Assembly: GCA_002269645.1 (NCBI GenBank)
Contig: NIVC01001178.1
Coordinates: 186,001 to 250,000, forward strand
DNA from: Macrostomum lignano
Lineage: Eukaryota
Direction of reading: 5' to 3'
DNA: 64,000 bases
Part shown: piece after piece, positions 31,036 through 42,469 of the stretch
Position numbering within the stretch: position 1 is the first letter of the stretch
Layout of the letters: each line of letters starts with the position of its first letter
Translations under genes and position numbers: made by a program
Notes under the pieces: generated by a model
What the model saw: the letters and a program-made list of their open reading frames with translations, nothing else
Told to the model about the DNA's origin: nothing
Database searches by the model: none

Positions 31036-34000
31036 CAGAATCAGCCTCAGAAAACACAGAATCAGCCTCAGAAAACACAAAATCAGCCTCAGAAACACAG
31101 AATCAGCCTCAGACACACAGAATCAGCCTCAGAGACAGAATCAGCCTCAGAGACAGAATCAGCCTCAAACACACAGAATCAGCCTTAAACACACAGAATC
31201 AGCCTCAGACACACAGAATCAGCCTCAGACACACAGAATCAGCCTCAGACACACAGAATCAGCCTCAGACACACAGAATCAGCCTCAGAGACAGAATCAG
31301 CCTCAGACACACAGAATCAGCCTCAGAGACAGAATCAGCCTCAAACACACAGAATCAGCCTCAAACACACAGAATCAGCCTCAAACACACAGAATCAGCC
31401 TCAGAGACAGAATCAGCCTCAAACACACAGAATCAGCCTCAAACACACAGAATCAGCCTCAGACACACAGAATCAGCCTCAGAGACACAGAATCAGCCTC
31501 AGAGACAGAATCAGCCTCAAACACACAGAATCAGCCTCAGACACACAGAATCAGCCTCAGAGACACAGAATCAGCCTCAGACACACAGAATCAGCCTCAG
31601 AGACACAGAATCAGCCTCAGAGACACAGAATCAGCCTCAGACACACAGAATCAGCCTCAGACACACAGAATCAGCCTCAGACACACAGAATCAGCCTCAG
31701 AGACACAGAATCAGCCTCAGACACACAGAATCAGCCTCAGAGACACAGAATCAGCCTAAGAGACACAGAATCAGCCTCAGACACACAGAATCAGCCTCAG
31801 ACACACAGAATCAGCCTCAGATACACAGAATCAGCCTCAAACACACAGAATCAGCCTCAGACACACAGAATCAGCCTCAGAGACACAGAATCAGCCTCAG
31901 AGACACAGAATCAGCCTCAGAGACACAGAATCAGCCTCAGACACACAGAATCAGCCTCAGACACACAGAATCAGCCTCAGATACACAGAATCAGCCTCAA
32001 ACACACAGAATCAGCCTCAGACACACAGAATCAGCCTCAGACACACAGAATCAGCCTCAGAGACACAGAATCAGCCTCAGACACACAGAATCAGCCTCAG
32101 AGACACAGAATCAGCCTCAAACACACCAGGTCACCTCAGTATCGTAGAGCTGCAGGTCTCTCCAGTGCATGATGTCCAACACGTGGAAGCTGCTGGTGTC
32201 CCAGATGCAGTCCAGCACTGTCAGGCCCGCCCTAAACTGGCGGCAGCCGCCAGGCAGCTCAGACGGGAAGGTCATGATGCAGCGGCCTCGACGATCGAAA
32301 GTCTTGGTGATGCCCTGCCAATTCGCGCATTGAAGCGTCAGGATGGTGGCATATTCAGTCTTAGGAGAAAGCGCCATATTGAGACAGCTGGCTTGAAACA
32401 GTAGGGGCTATAGTCAGCCTAGTGGTTACATTGTCGGACTCACGACTGAAAGGTCGGGGGTTCGATTCTCGACCCACCCACTCAGAAGAAATTGTATCCT
32501 TGAGCAAGAAACTTAACTCTGCATTAGCTGGGGTAATTGAGGGTGTGTGTGGCGACCCCCCAGTCCTTGGACTGAACAGCCGTACGCAGCCTTCAGATGC
32601 GCCGCGCAATCTGCGGCTGAGCTGTCGGTTGCACATCTGGCCCAATTAGGGCAGGTGTAATCAATTTTTAGTATTATTAATAGCTTAAAATACTAACAAA
32701 CGCAGCTATATTTTGAGTCATTGAGACAATTATGAGCACAAAAATAGCAGTCAATTATCTTAAGATTACGTTATACATGGAAGTACATCCCACCACAAGT
32801 AACCTTTCTTCAGCAACCATTTTAAAGAAAATAGAATCTTTCATCTCACTTTCTACGACACTAGAATCTTCTATATCAATTTCTAAGAAACTGAATTCTT
32901 CCATCTCGATTTCTAAGAAACTGAATTCTTCCATCTCAATTTCTAAGAAACTGAATTCTTCCATCTCATTTTCTTAAAAACTGAATTCTTCCATCTCGAT
33001 TTCTAAGAAACTGAATTCTTCCATCTCAATTTCTAAGAAACTGAATTCTTCCATCTCAATTTCTAAGAAACTGAATTCTTCCATCTCAATTTCTAAGAAA
33101 CTGAATTCTTCCATCTCAATTTCTAAGAAACTGAATTCTTCCATCTCAATTTCTAAGAAACTGAATTCTTCCATCTCAATTTCTAAGAAACTGAATTCTT
33201 CCATCTCAATTTCTAAGAAACTGAATTCTTCCATCTCAATTTCTAAGAAACTGAATTATTCCATCTCAATTTCTAAGAAACTGAATTATTCCATCTCAAT
33301 TTCTAAGAAACTGAATTCTTCCATCTCAATTTCTAAGAAACTGAATTCTTCCATCTCAATTTCTAAGAAACTGAATTCTTCCATCTCAATTTCTAAGAAA
33401 CTGAATTCTTCCATCTCAATTTCTAAGAAACTGAATTCTTCCATCTCAATTTCTAAGAAACTGAATACTTCCATCTCGATTTCTAAGAAACTGAATTCTT
33501 CCATCTCGATTTCTAAGAAACTGAATTCTTCCATCTCAATTTCTAAGAAACTGAATTCTTCCATCTCAATTTCTAAGAAACTGAATTCTTCCATCTCAAT
33601 TTCTAAGAAACTGAATTCTTCCATCTCAATTTCTAAGAAACTGAATTCTTCCATCTCAATTTCTAAGAAACTGAATTCTTCCATCTCAATTTCTAAGAAA
33701 CTGAATTCTTCCATCTCAATTTCTAAGAAACTGAATTCTTCCATCTCAATTTCTAAGAAACTGAATTTTCCATCTCAATTTCTAAGAAACTGAATTATTC
33801 CAACTCAATTTCTAAGCAACTGATTTATTCCAACTCAGTTTATAAGAAACTGATTTATTCCAACTCAGTTTATAAGAAACTGATTTATTCCAACTCAGTT
33901 TATAAAAAACTGATTTATTCCAACTCAGTTTATAAGAAACTGATTTATTCCAACTCAGTTTATAAGAAACTGATTTATTCCAACTCAGTTTATAAGAAAT

Positions 34001-34951
34001 TGATTTATTCCAACTCAGTTTATAAGAAACTGATTTATTCCAACTCAGTTTATAAGAAACTGATTTATTCCAACTCAGTTTATAAGAAACTGATTTATTC
34101 CAACTCAGTTTATAAGAAACTGATTTATTCCAACTCAGTTTATAAGAAACTGATTTATTCCAACTCAGTTTATAAGAAACTGATTTATTCCAACTCAGTT
34201 TATAAGAAACTGAATTTTCCAACTCAAATTTCTAAGAAACTGAATTTTCCATCTCAATTTCATGAAACTGGATTTTCCATCTCAATTTCTAAGAAACTGG
34301 ATTTTCCATCTCAATTTTTAAGAAACTGAATTCCTATCTTAATTTCTAAGAAAAAAGAATTTTGTTATCCTCATTTCAAAGAAAATGGACCGTAGATCTT
34401 TTTCATGTAACCTTACTAACCTTAGCAGCCACAACTAGCACTCGCTTGCCCTGCGGACAGAGTTTCAATAAGAATTCAGTTTCCAAATTATCCGGTATTT
34501 CCATCAACCATTCGGACAGCATCAGCTGATTTCGATAATTCTTGCCGGGTCGACGTTTCCGCTGAAGGCTCTCGGCTGTATCGTCGGCTGTGAGCTCCTC
34601 GGTGGCCAGAGTTTCGTTAGTATCGGCCACGGATACTAAATCATCGTCAAGATCGTCATTTTCATCGACATCTTTAGTAGTCCAATCGTCCTCGGCAAGA
34701 CGTCGGGCCAGCGACATTGCATTAAATCGACGCTGCTTTTGCAACTCCAATTCTTTTCGACGTCGTTCAACCTGATCGAGGGCCGCCCGGCCGCGGTTCT
34801 TGTACATGGACTGGTGCCGGTCCATGGCGCAACTGACGGGCACCGCGTGTCGAGTATTGGCTGCAGCCAGACTCTGACACAAATCTGAGACTGCATCGGG
34901 ATCCGATGGATGCGGCGACGACTGATTGATTGACGTCTGATTTTCAGCCAT
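29931..34951 (-). CDS. SNUPN: Snurportin-1 (m3G-cap snRNP import adaptor), 4 exons, about 384 aa; alternative in-frame ATG at 34984
   Basis: Exons 34951-34421, 32314-32135, 30883-30722, 30212-29931, all phase 0 GT-AG. IBB-like ERRRKELELQKQRR...ARRLAEDDW; YRNQLMLSEWL; CPQGKRVLVVA; LDCIW; LDIMHWR; DGVLFYH; LVGWLKPYM. Confidence 0.93.
30290..30606 (-). mobile_element. tRNA-derived SINE family B in SNUPN intron 3
   Basis: Minus strand TGGCCTAGCGCGG...GGCTCGATTCCAAGTGCAGTC...AAATTGGAATCTC...GAGGGCCAACCC. Homologous to 42470-42720. Confidence 0.65.
30980..32122. repeat. (ACAG)n followed by 18-20-bp array ACACAGAATCAGCCTCAG (SNUPN intron 2)
   Basis: Fills most of the intron. Confidence 0.97.
32401..32635 (+). 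mobile_element. SINE family A copy in SNUPN intron 1
   Basis: GCCTAGTGG...GGTTCGATTCTCGACCCA...CCTTGAGCAAGAAACTTAACTCTG...GGCGACCCCCCAGTCCTTGGACTGAACAGCCGTACGCAGCC. Internal deletion relative to the 18.6 kb copy. Confidence 0.8.
32860..34345. repeat. 30-bp array TCAATTTCTAAGAAACTGAATTCTTCCATC with a variant block at 33830-34210 (SNUPN intron 1)
   Basis: About 49 units; related to 28690-29780. Confidence 0.97.
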
Positions 34952-35522
34952 TGATTGACAGGTTTCTGAACTGTCAACTGTCATGAAATTCAAGCAACGT
35001 GAGGCAATCTCAGTAGCTTCTCTGCATGATTAAACTACCAACCAAGCTGAGTTGTCAGCAATTCAACAATCAGTCTACCAAACTATTCGATAAGAACTAA
35101 CAAAAGTATGGTTCTAATATATATATTTTAAAATCACAATAAAGTAAATATATAACGGTTTCTTTATTCCTATCCTACACAATTATAATCATAGATTACA
35201 GAAGACAATCAAATTGAAATAAAGCAACAATGACGAATGAAACTCCAAACTTCCTGTCAGGAACTAGCTAGCATATATCTCAAGATTTATTTACAATTCC
35301 TGTTTGAACAACAATTTTAAAGCATTTTAATCATTACGTTGTGCCACTGCAACAAGCGATCAATAGATTTCTTCATGCCTTATTTTGATGTCAGTGTTAA
35401 ATCACCGAAACTTTAATACCTTTTACCAGTTAAACCAATGCTGTTTTACAGATGTTTCAGAACAAAATGCCGTCATCAAGTGTTTTAAAGACTACTGGAT
35501 AGTTTAAAAAGCAACTATAGAC

Positions 35523-37415
35523 TTAGGCAATCTTCTCAGCTACAGCCTGTACAAACACTCGATCAGCTCGAACACCTTCCCGCCTATTAATTGTCTCCCT
35601 GAGCACGTAGCAGCACTGCAGCACTCGCAGACCGGCACCTTGGCACAGCGATTCCAACTCTTCAACAGTGAAGAAATACGAACAGGTGCCGTCCTGACGC
35701 ACGTAGCGCGACTCGGCTAGCTTGGTGCCTCGACCAAACCTCAGCTGGCAGTGGTCGTGCAAGCCGTAGTCTCTAATTAACAATCGACCACCCGAGCACA
35801 ACAGGGCTGCGGCATTAGCAACTGCGGTTGGCATTTCCGCGGGTTTAATAGCCGACAGTACAAACACCATAGCGGCTAAGTGAACGCTGCTTTCATTCCA
35901 ATCGTCCAGATGCCCAGCAGCCAACAAGACAAAATCAGACGAAGTTAAATCGGCGCAGAATGCTTTGAACCGATTGTCATTCTCGTCAGTTCGTTCTCGT
36001 TGCCAACGTTGCACAGCCATGTTCACTGCCCGAGGAGAGAAATCGCAAGCCAACAATCGCAGATTGGGCAGCTCAGCTAGCAGCGGCATGGCAAAGTTGC
36101 CAACGCCGCAGCCCAGCTCAGCCAGGATCAGCGGCTGGTCGCCACCATCGTTTTGCCTACCAGCCAGCTCTACAAACTCCCTCTTAGTCCAATGCCGATC
36201 GCGAAAGAATCTATCGCCATTGCGATTGTAGAATTTGTCCCAATTACGCTGCACCTCTGAGTCAATTTTATTGGCACGAAAATCGTTCACTAGTTGCTGA
36301 CTGGACAGCAACTGTTGCTCCGTTTCTGTCAGCGGACGAGGATCGCGGGTTTTATTCTGGAAAGATGACTCGTCATCAGCTTGGTCTTTTTGATGGTCAT
36401 CAGCTTCGGCCTCTGTTGGTGATGATGTCTCGCGAGTCTGGTTCTCAGAAGGCGTCTCAATCTGGACATCAGTCTGACTAGAGTCAATCTCTTTCTCTCT
36501 ATGCTGGTCGGCAGCATCAGCCTCCCTTACTGATGTAGATTCGCGAGTCTGAATCTGGAAAGATTCATCGTGTTCCTCATCATCAGCATCATGACAATCA
36601 TCGCTACGCTCTCCGCCCAGCTGCTCCTCTAACTCCTTGGCCAGCTCTCCATACGACAGGCGCCTACGGTTATCACTTTCGGCGGCCAAACTAGCAAGAT
36701 GACGCGACTGCACTTCCTTAACATCATTAGCATCGCGACAAGCAGCATAGGCGTCTAACAAGTCGGCATTGAGCTGACGAAATGCTTCACCCCAGCCGAA
36801 TCTTGATAGCACAATATCGGCATCGGAGTCCAATCCCACTATGGATAACCCAGCAGCGAATGCTTCTACGCAAGATAGATTAATCGGCTTGCCATAATTG
36901 ACAGGATTAGCAGCTACCAAGTAAGGAAGCAGTCGTTCATTGTGACACTTCATACGCGACCAGGGAGTCGATTGCAACTGTGCCCAGGAGCAATCCACTA
37001 CGGCTAGGCCTCCCCGACGAACGATTTCGGCATCGGCTGGAGAAATCTGCTCCGTAGCAACTGGCGTCAAAACTACGCCGCCAAAACGACTACCAAGTCG
37101 AAGTTCCGACACTAATCCCAGTAGGGTCAGACGACGTCCGGTGCACTTTTTCGGATCGCAATGACCTAGATCCCACATTGCTAAGGGTATGGAAAGCTTC
37201 GATTGATTCAAATCTTCGTCGCTACTCTTGCCATTGTCGGATGCAGCTGTTGCGCCTGCAATTCTATGCGCTAAGCCTTCATTATCACTGCCATTGTCAG
37301 TTTTGTCGTGTCGGTAAACCCGTCTGTCCCGATTCTGGGCTCGTTTCTGCTCAGAGGCTTTGCGTTTTCCAGCGGCGGTATTCTTTGATCTATTGCCGCG
37401 TTTCTTATTGTCCAT
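35523..37415 (-). CDS. TSR3-METTL6: Intronless 630-aa ORF: TSR3 (18S rRNA aminocarboxypropyltransferase), acidic linker, then METTL6-like tRNA m3C32 methyltransferase
   Basis: N-half: LAMWDLGHCDPKKCTG, VVDCSWA, RLLPYLVAANPVNYGKP, LSCVEAFAA, FGWGEAF. C-half: NWDKFYNRNGDRFFRDRHWTKREF, ELGCGVGN, CDFSPRAV, FVLSAI, RDYGLHDHCQLRF, YVRQDGTCSYFF, RVFVQA. No stop and no Met between the two domains. Confidence 0.92.
   Translation of the reverse strand: MDNKKRGNRSKNTAAGKRKASEQKRAQNRDRRVYRHDKTDNGSDNEGLAHRIAGATAASDNGKSSDEDLNQSKLSIPLAMWDLGHCDPKKCTGRRLTLLGLVSELRLGSRFGGVVLTPVATEQISPADAEIVRRGGLAVVDCSWAQLQSTPWSRMKCHNERLLPYLVAANPVNYGKPINLSCVEAFAAGLSIVGLDSDADIVLSRFGWGEAFRQLNADLLDAYAACRDANDVKEVQSRHLASLAAESDNRRRLSYGELAKELEEQLGGERSDDCHDADDEEHDESFQIQTRESTSVREADAADQHREKEIDSSQTDVQIETPSENQTRETSSPTEAEADDHQKDQADDESSFQNKTRDPRPLTETEQQLLSSQQLVNDFRANKIDSEVQRNWDKFYNRNGDRFFRDRHWTKREFVELAGRQNDGGDQPLILAELGCGVGNFAMPLLAELPNLRLLACDFSPRAVNMAVQRWQRERTDENDNRFKAFCADLTSSDFVLLAAGHLDDWNESSVHLAAMVFVLSAIKPAEMPTAVANAAALLCSGGRLLIRDYGLHDHCQLRFGRGTKLAESRYVRQDGTCSYFFTVEELESLCQGAGLRVLQCCYVLRETINRREGVRADRVFVQAVAEKIA
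36357..36368 (-). promoter_or_regulatory. Candidate internal splice acceptor at the start of the METTL6 domain
   Basis: Minus strand TCATCTTTCCAG|AATAAAACC. Phase 0 with the ORF (37415-36356 = 353 codons). Confidence 0.5.
36555..36566 (-). promoter_or_regulatory. Second, duplicated candidate internal acceptor in the TSR3-METTL6 linker
   Basis: Minus strand GAATCTTTCCAG|ATTCAGACT. Phase 0 (37415-36554 = 287 codons). Confidence 0.35.
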
Positions 37416-38889
37416 TGTTGTTGGTTTTTATTAGCTTTGATGCAACAATCAGAAATTTCAAATACGGTCTTAGGTTTAATAAAACTAAAGAAAGTTCATC
37501 CATCCACCTATACTAATTGTCTAAATCACTATACTAAAAATGAGTTCTTTCTCATACGTTTAATTGTTAGCAAAAACGATTCAACCGATTTTTACTTAAC
37601 TTGCACCGTTCGATCAGGAATCTTTAGGATTCAGCACCTTGTGACCTGTCATGGGAATCAATAATTTTGCTTCAGGCGCCAAAATATAGCGTATTCGGCG
37701 CCAAAATAAGCGCCTCTCTGCGACGCAAAAATGAGTTGCCTGCCTGCGGCGCCAAAATTTGCCGCTTTCAATTGTTTTGTCTATGGCCAAGCCTATAGCC
37801 TAGCAGTGGATCAAAATACTATAGTGGAGCTAGCTGAATAACTTAATAATTGCTTTTTACGCTCATACTACTGAACAGAGAGTACTTTTGCTACTCTCTA
37901 CTTTGAACAGTGTCAACTAAAAATGGTTTGAGTCAAGCTAATTATATAGTTACCATTTGTACGAGTATGTGTATATTCCACCACACTGACATAACCAATT
38001 AGCACTCGAAATTAAAATTGTGAAAAAACTATTTGGCCTATCCTACTTACTCTTGCTTTAAAGGCAAGAAACGCTAATCTCACTACTGAATAGATAATAG
38101 ATTATAGCAAATGAGTAGCATATGTAAGTGCTACTAATGAGACCTATACTAACGTTACCATATGATTTACTAAAAAAACAGAAAGATAAAATAAATAACT
38201 CAGTTTATATTTTTGCAGATAAATTTGTGCATATTATATATTGTATATGCAAATGGCAGTTAACACGAATGCGAGAAACGTTTAACATTAACTGTCATCG
38301 ATGTAAACAATTCCTGACAACAGTAAAACAATAACAGAGATTAAATTTTCGTTCTGGATACACTGGCTCGCCCATATCGCTGCCTGAGAAAGATTTACAA
38401 AGGAAATAGTAGGCATAATTACATAAGTACACATACTTTGTGTGTATATAAGAGAAGAGAAGAGTGTAAAACCTAACGATTATTATGCTACTAAAAGTAT
38501 TTAGTAAGTATATATACGCCTATATGTATAACCGCACTCGTTTGAATTTCAAAGTCCAATTAATTGAAGCACCGCAATAAACAAAACGTTTTGTGTCGAT
38601 TAGCTATTCAAATTTTTTAGTCTGAAGTAAGTATATGTACCAGAATCGATGCCTGCCTGATTAATAGAAATGATTTAAACTCAACACACCAATAAATATG
38701 CCTGATATTGCTGATATAAATAAAATGAATTAATCATCAAATTATTAGTGAATGGGCAGTAGGTGAATGGGCAGTGATTCGGTGAATCGGCAGTAGGCCG
38801 AAGTCACCGAAGGCAGCCCACAGCCCGATGAAAACGGTACCAAGAAGGCCAAGAAGCTTCGTTGAATAGTTGCTGCAGGTCTAACTCTA

Positions 38890-39152
38890 GACGTCTCTAG
38901 AACGACGAGATGTCACTGTAAAAGTCGCCAAAAAGTTGTCAAAAAGTTGTCAAAGAGTTGACCAAGAGTCAATCGAAGGTGATTTTTATCTGCGGCGGTA
39001 CAGTACAGCCGTTTCTGAGGCGTATCAGAGTCGCTGTAAAATCACTGAGTTGCGTCTAAAGCGCATCTGTGCATTTAATCAATTAAGTATTGTATTTCGC
39101 ATTGATAAAAACCCTAATTAGTCTACTTGAGTAAGTAGAAAGTTAAGCGCTA
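38890..39152 (+). repeat. Dispersed repeat ending in a hairpin; second copy on - strand at 56755-56940
   Basis: Shared blocks CTCTARAACGACGAGA, TCTGAGGCGT..AGAGTCGCT, TTTCGCATT, TTAGTCTACTTGA.T.AGTAGAAAGTTAAGC. Confidence 0.7.
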
Positions 39153-39475
39153 ACACAACAAATCTTCTACAACTCAAGAAGTGATGCACTCGTGACTCAA
39201 GCGTCGCCCCAGTTTACAATGACTCTTTAAGCGAATCTTGTCACGATAACGTTTTACGTTCAATAACGTTCAATTTTCAACTGAATGTTAGGACCACAAT
39301 AATTATTTAAGCTTTCAACTACTGAAACAAAGTAGTATAGTGTGTTTACATATCTACAACAGTAGCAACACATGGTAGAGTTAGGGCTAATTTAAACTTC
39401 AGTTGTTTTCAACGAATTTTTCGGGTGTACATGAACTAATCAGTATTGACACGCATTTCAGCAGACTGCAAGCAG

Positions 39476-42365
39476 TCACAACCAAGCTACAACAACGGTC
39501 ACATTATCGGTTGACCCGGCAGCCACAGCCATATCAATCAGAGCATTAGCAGCTGCAGCTTCGCTCTTAGTTGAGTCATCAGCTTGCATAGCAACTAGCG
39601 CGGCGGCTGCATCGTTAGGCGCCACAGCGTCCCACAGCCCATCGCTAGCCAGCACTACGCAGACATCTTTACTTCCGTCTGCATCTTCGCTGAGTTTCAA
39701 TTGCCGATGCACGACTTCCGGTTCAGGTGTTGATCCTGTAACTCCGCGATCGCCCAGACTGCGAGTGACAGCCAGCACGCCATTCAGTCTTGGCGGGTTG
39801 CCGTCCATCACGAAGCCGCCAGCAGATTCCACTCGGCTACGCTCAGCCGGGATGCTGGGCCTATGCGGCGGCGCTGTCAGCTGGGTTGCTAGGCCGTTGC
39901 TATGCACTAGCCAGGCTTCCGAGTCGCCAGCCCAGGCTACAGTTAACTGATCACCGGATAAGATGCACACCTGTTTTTTTAAGAGTGAAGACATTATACT
40001 TACATGTTTAATCCGCTACCAGCAGTTAGGCATCCCAACTTAGGATGCAACATTTCAAACAGAAAAGGATTTGCGGGGATATTTGGGATTATATAACCAT
40101 TTGTATGGATATCTGAGATTACGTAGGGACGCTTGGCATTATAAAGGGATTTTTAGGGATATCTGGGATTACATACGGATTTTGGGGGACATTTGGGATT
40201 AGATAGGGATTTGTAGGGATGTTTGGAAGTAGATGGGATGAGATATTTGGGGTTAGATAGGGATTCTTAGGATATTTGGGATTAGATACGGATTTGTAGG
40301 GATTTTTGGGATTAGGATGGATATCGGGGATAAGATAGGGATTGTAGGGATATTTGGGATTAGATAGGAATTTGTGAGGACATTTGAGATTAGGGGATTT
40401 CTAGAATATAATTAGGATTAGACAGGGATTTGTGGGGATATTTGGGATTAGATACGGATTTGTAGGGATATTTGGGATTAGGATGGATATCGGGGATAAG
40501 ATAGAGATTGTAGGGATATTTGGGATTAGATAGGGATTTGTAGGGATATTTGGGATTAGATAGGGATTTGTAGGGATATTTGGGATCAGGATGAATATCG
40601 GGATATCGGAGATTACCATAAGAAAAACACTGAAGTATTTCCGCACAGTTGGTACACAAATAAAATTTTCATGCCCCGAACAAACCGTGCAAGTGGCTCC
40701 GCCCGATGCTCCGCATTGGCTAGCGGCTTCGCCTAATTTCGCGTCGGCATCGACAAACGTTCGACGAAGTCTTTCAACCAATTCTGACTTGCTATCAGAG
40801 TCGCTATGAGAAGAATAAGACAGGAACAATGGCAGCAGATAGGAAGCGGCCAAGTCGGCTCCGTCGCTGCCCCCGTGACCGTCCAGAACGGCCAAGAAAT
40901 TCGCCTGGCTATTGGCGTCCGGCGAGAATGCCGACACCAATAGGCGATCTTCATTGCGTCGGCCGCGATTTTTTGCGCTTGCCTGTTTGTTTGACGAGTT
41001 TGAGAGACTTTTCTTTCATAATTTAATCTCTAGTCCAATTCTTATGCTTGTTTGGGATACTGTCTTAACCTCTGTTCTACCCCAGTTTGATACTCTGTTC
41101 TACCCCAATTCGATACTCTGTTCTACCCCAATTCGATACTCTGTTCTACCCCAATTCGATCATCTGTTCTACCCCAATTTGATCATCTGTTCTACCCCAA
41201 TTTGATCATCTGTTCTACCCCAATTCGATACTCTGTTCTACCCCAATTCGATACTCTGTTCTACCCCAATTTGATCATCTGTTCTACCCCAATTCGATAC
41301 TCTGTTCTACCCCAATTCGATACTCTGTTCTACCCCAATTCGATACTCTGTTCTACCCCAATTCGATACTCTGTTCTACCCCAATTCGATACTCTGTTCT
41401 ACCCCAATTTGATCATCTGTTCTACCCCAATTCGATACTCTGTTCTACCCCAATTTGATCACCTGTTCTACCCTAATTTGATCACCTGTTCTACCCCAAT
41501 TTGATCATCTGTTCTACCCCAATTTGATCATCTGTTCTACCCCAATTTGATCATCTGTTCTACCCCAATTTGATCATCTGTTCTACCCCAATTCGATCAT
41601 CTGTTCTACCCCAATTCGATACTCTGTTCTACCCCAATTCGATACTCTGTTCTACCCCAATTTGATCATCTGTTCTACCCTATTTTGGTCATCTGTTGTA
41701 CCCCGATTTGATCCTCTGTTTTCCCCATTTTAATATGTTATCGATCATAGATCCATTCTATATTTTTCCATATCCAATCGCTTGTTTACAGATATTCTGT
41801 TCTACAGCTCTCTACTTAATATTACCAACGCACAAAACCGAAGGCTCACATGAGACACAAGCCGAGCGCAGCCACGCCTAACCACTGTTGGCGCATCAAC
41901 ACTATCATGTCTGGGCGTTGCCTTATCGCCATTATCATCATCATTGCTACTAATGTTTCTTTCTTCCATGTCTCCAAGGCAACTGCATAATTTCTCTTTG
42001 GCATCACAGTCGGCCAGCTCGCGAACAACTTCGCCAACTAATCTCTGAACAGCTCGATACTCAGGCTTAGCAGTTTCATTATCTTGGCTAATAAAGCGAT
42101 TAGTGAACTGAGATCCAAGCAAATATTGCATTAGCTTAGCTTGAGCTCTCCAACCCATTGTTGAATCATTATTGGCATCGGATTGCACTACTTGCAATAG
42201 GTAAGGCGTCAATAAGTCTAGAATTTGTTTAGCAAAATAGCATTGAGCAGAATGAGCATCGGCGAAGCATTGAAATGGAGGTCGAGACACTGCGGACGGA
42301 TCAGCAAGAGATTCAACTGCCTGTTGGGCTGCTGAGACAATCAACTCTGATGGACAGCTTGACAT
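39476..42365 (-). CDS. PP2C/PPM-family phosphatase, PPM1E/PPM1F-like, 3 exons, about 443 aa
   Basis: Exons 42365-41826, 40982-40686, 39970-39476, all phase 0. KNRGRRNEDR, AVLDGHGG, GATCT, AWAGDS, HRPSIPAERSRVESAGG, RLNGVLAVTRSLGD, LASDGLWD, GSTDNVTVVV. Extra N-terminal region as in PPM1E/F. Confidence 0.88.
40070..40615. repeat. Degenerate ~30-bp array GGGATATTTGGGATTAGATA... (PP2C intron 2)
   Basis: Tandem copies. Confidence 0.88.
41070..41710. repeat. 23-bp array TTCTACCCCAATTCGATACTCTG (PP2C intron 1)
   Basis: Tandem copies. Confidence 0.95.
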
Positions 42366-42469
42366 GTTTTCTTGGGTTCAGTGTTTTGAGTTTTCTATAA
42401 TTTGGCTGCAATAGTTAAATAATATTCTTTAAATGCAAGAGAAAAATAAAAGACCTAATTTATGAAGAG

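Noticed and set aside
32401-32480. tRNA gene
   Set aside because: It has A and B boxes but no complete cloverleaf, and it continues into a shared SINE body found in several copies.
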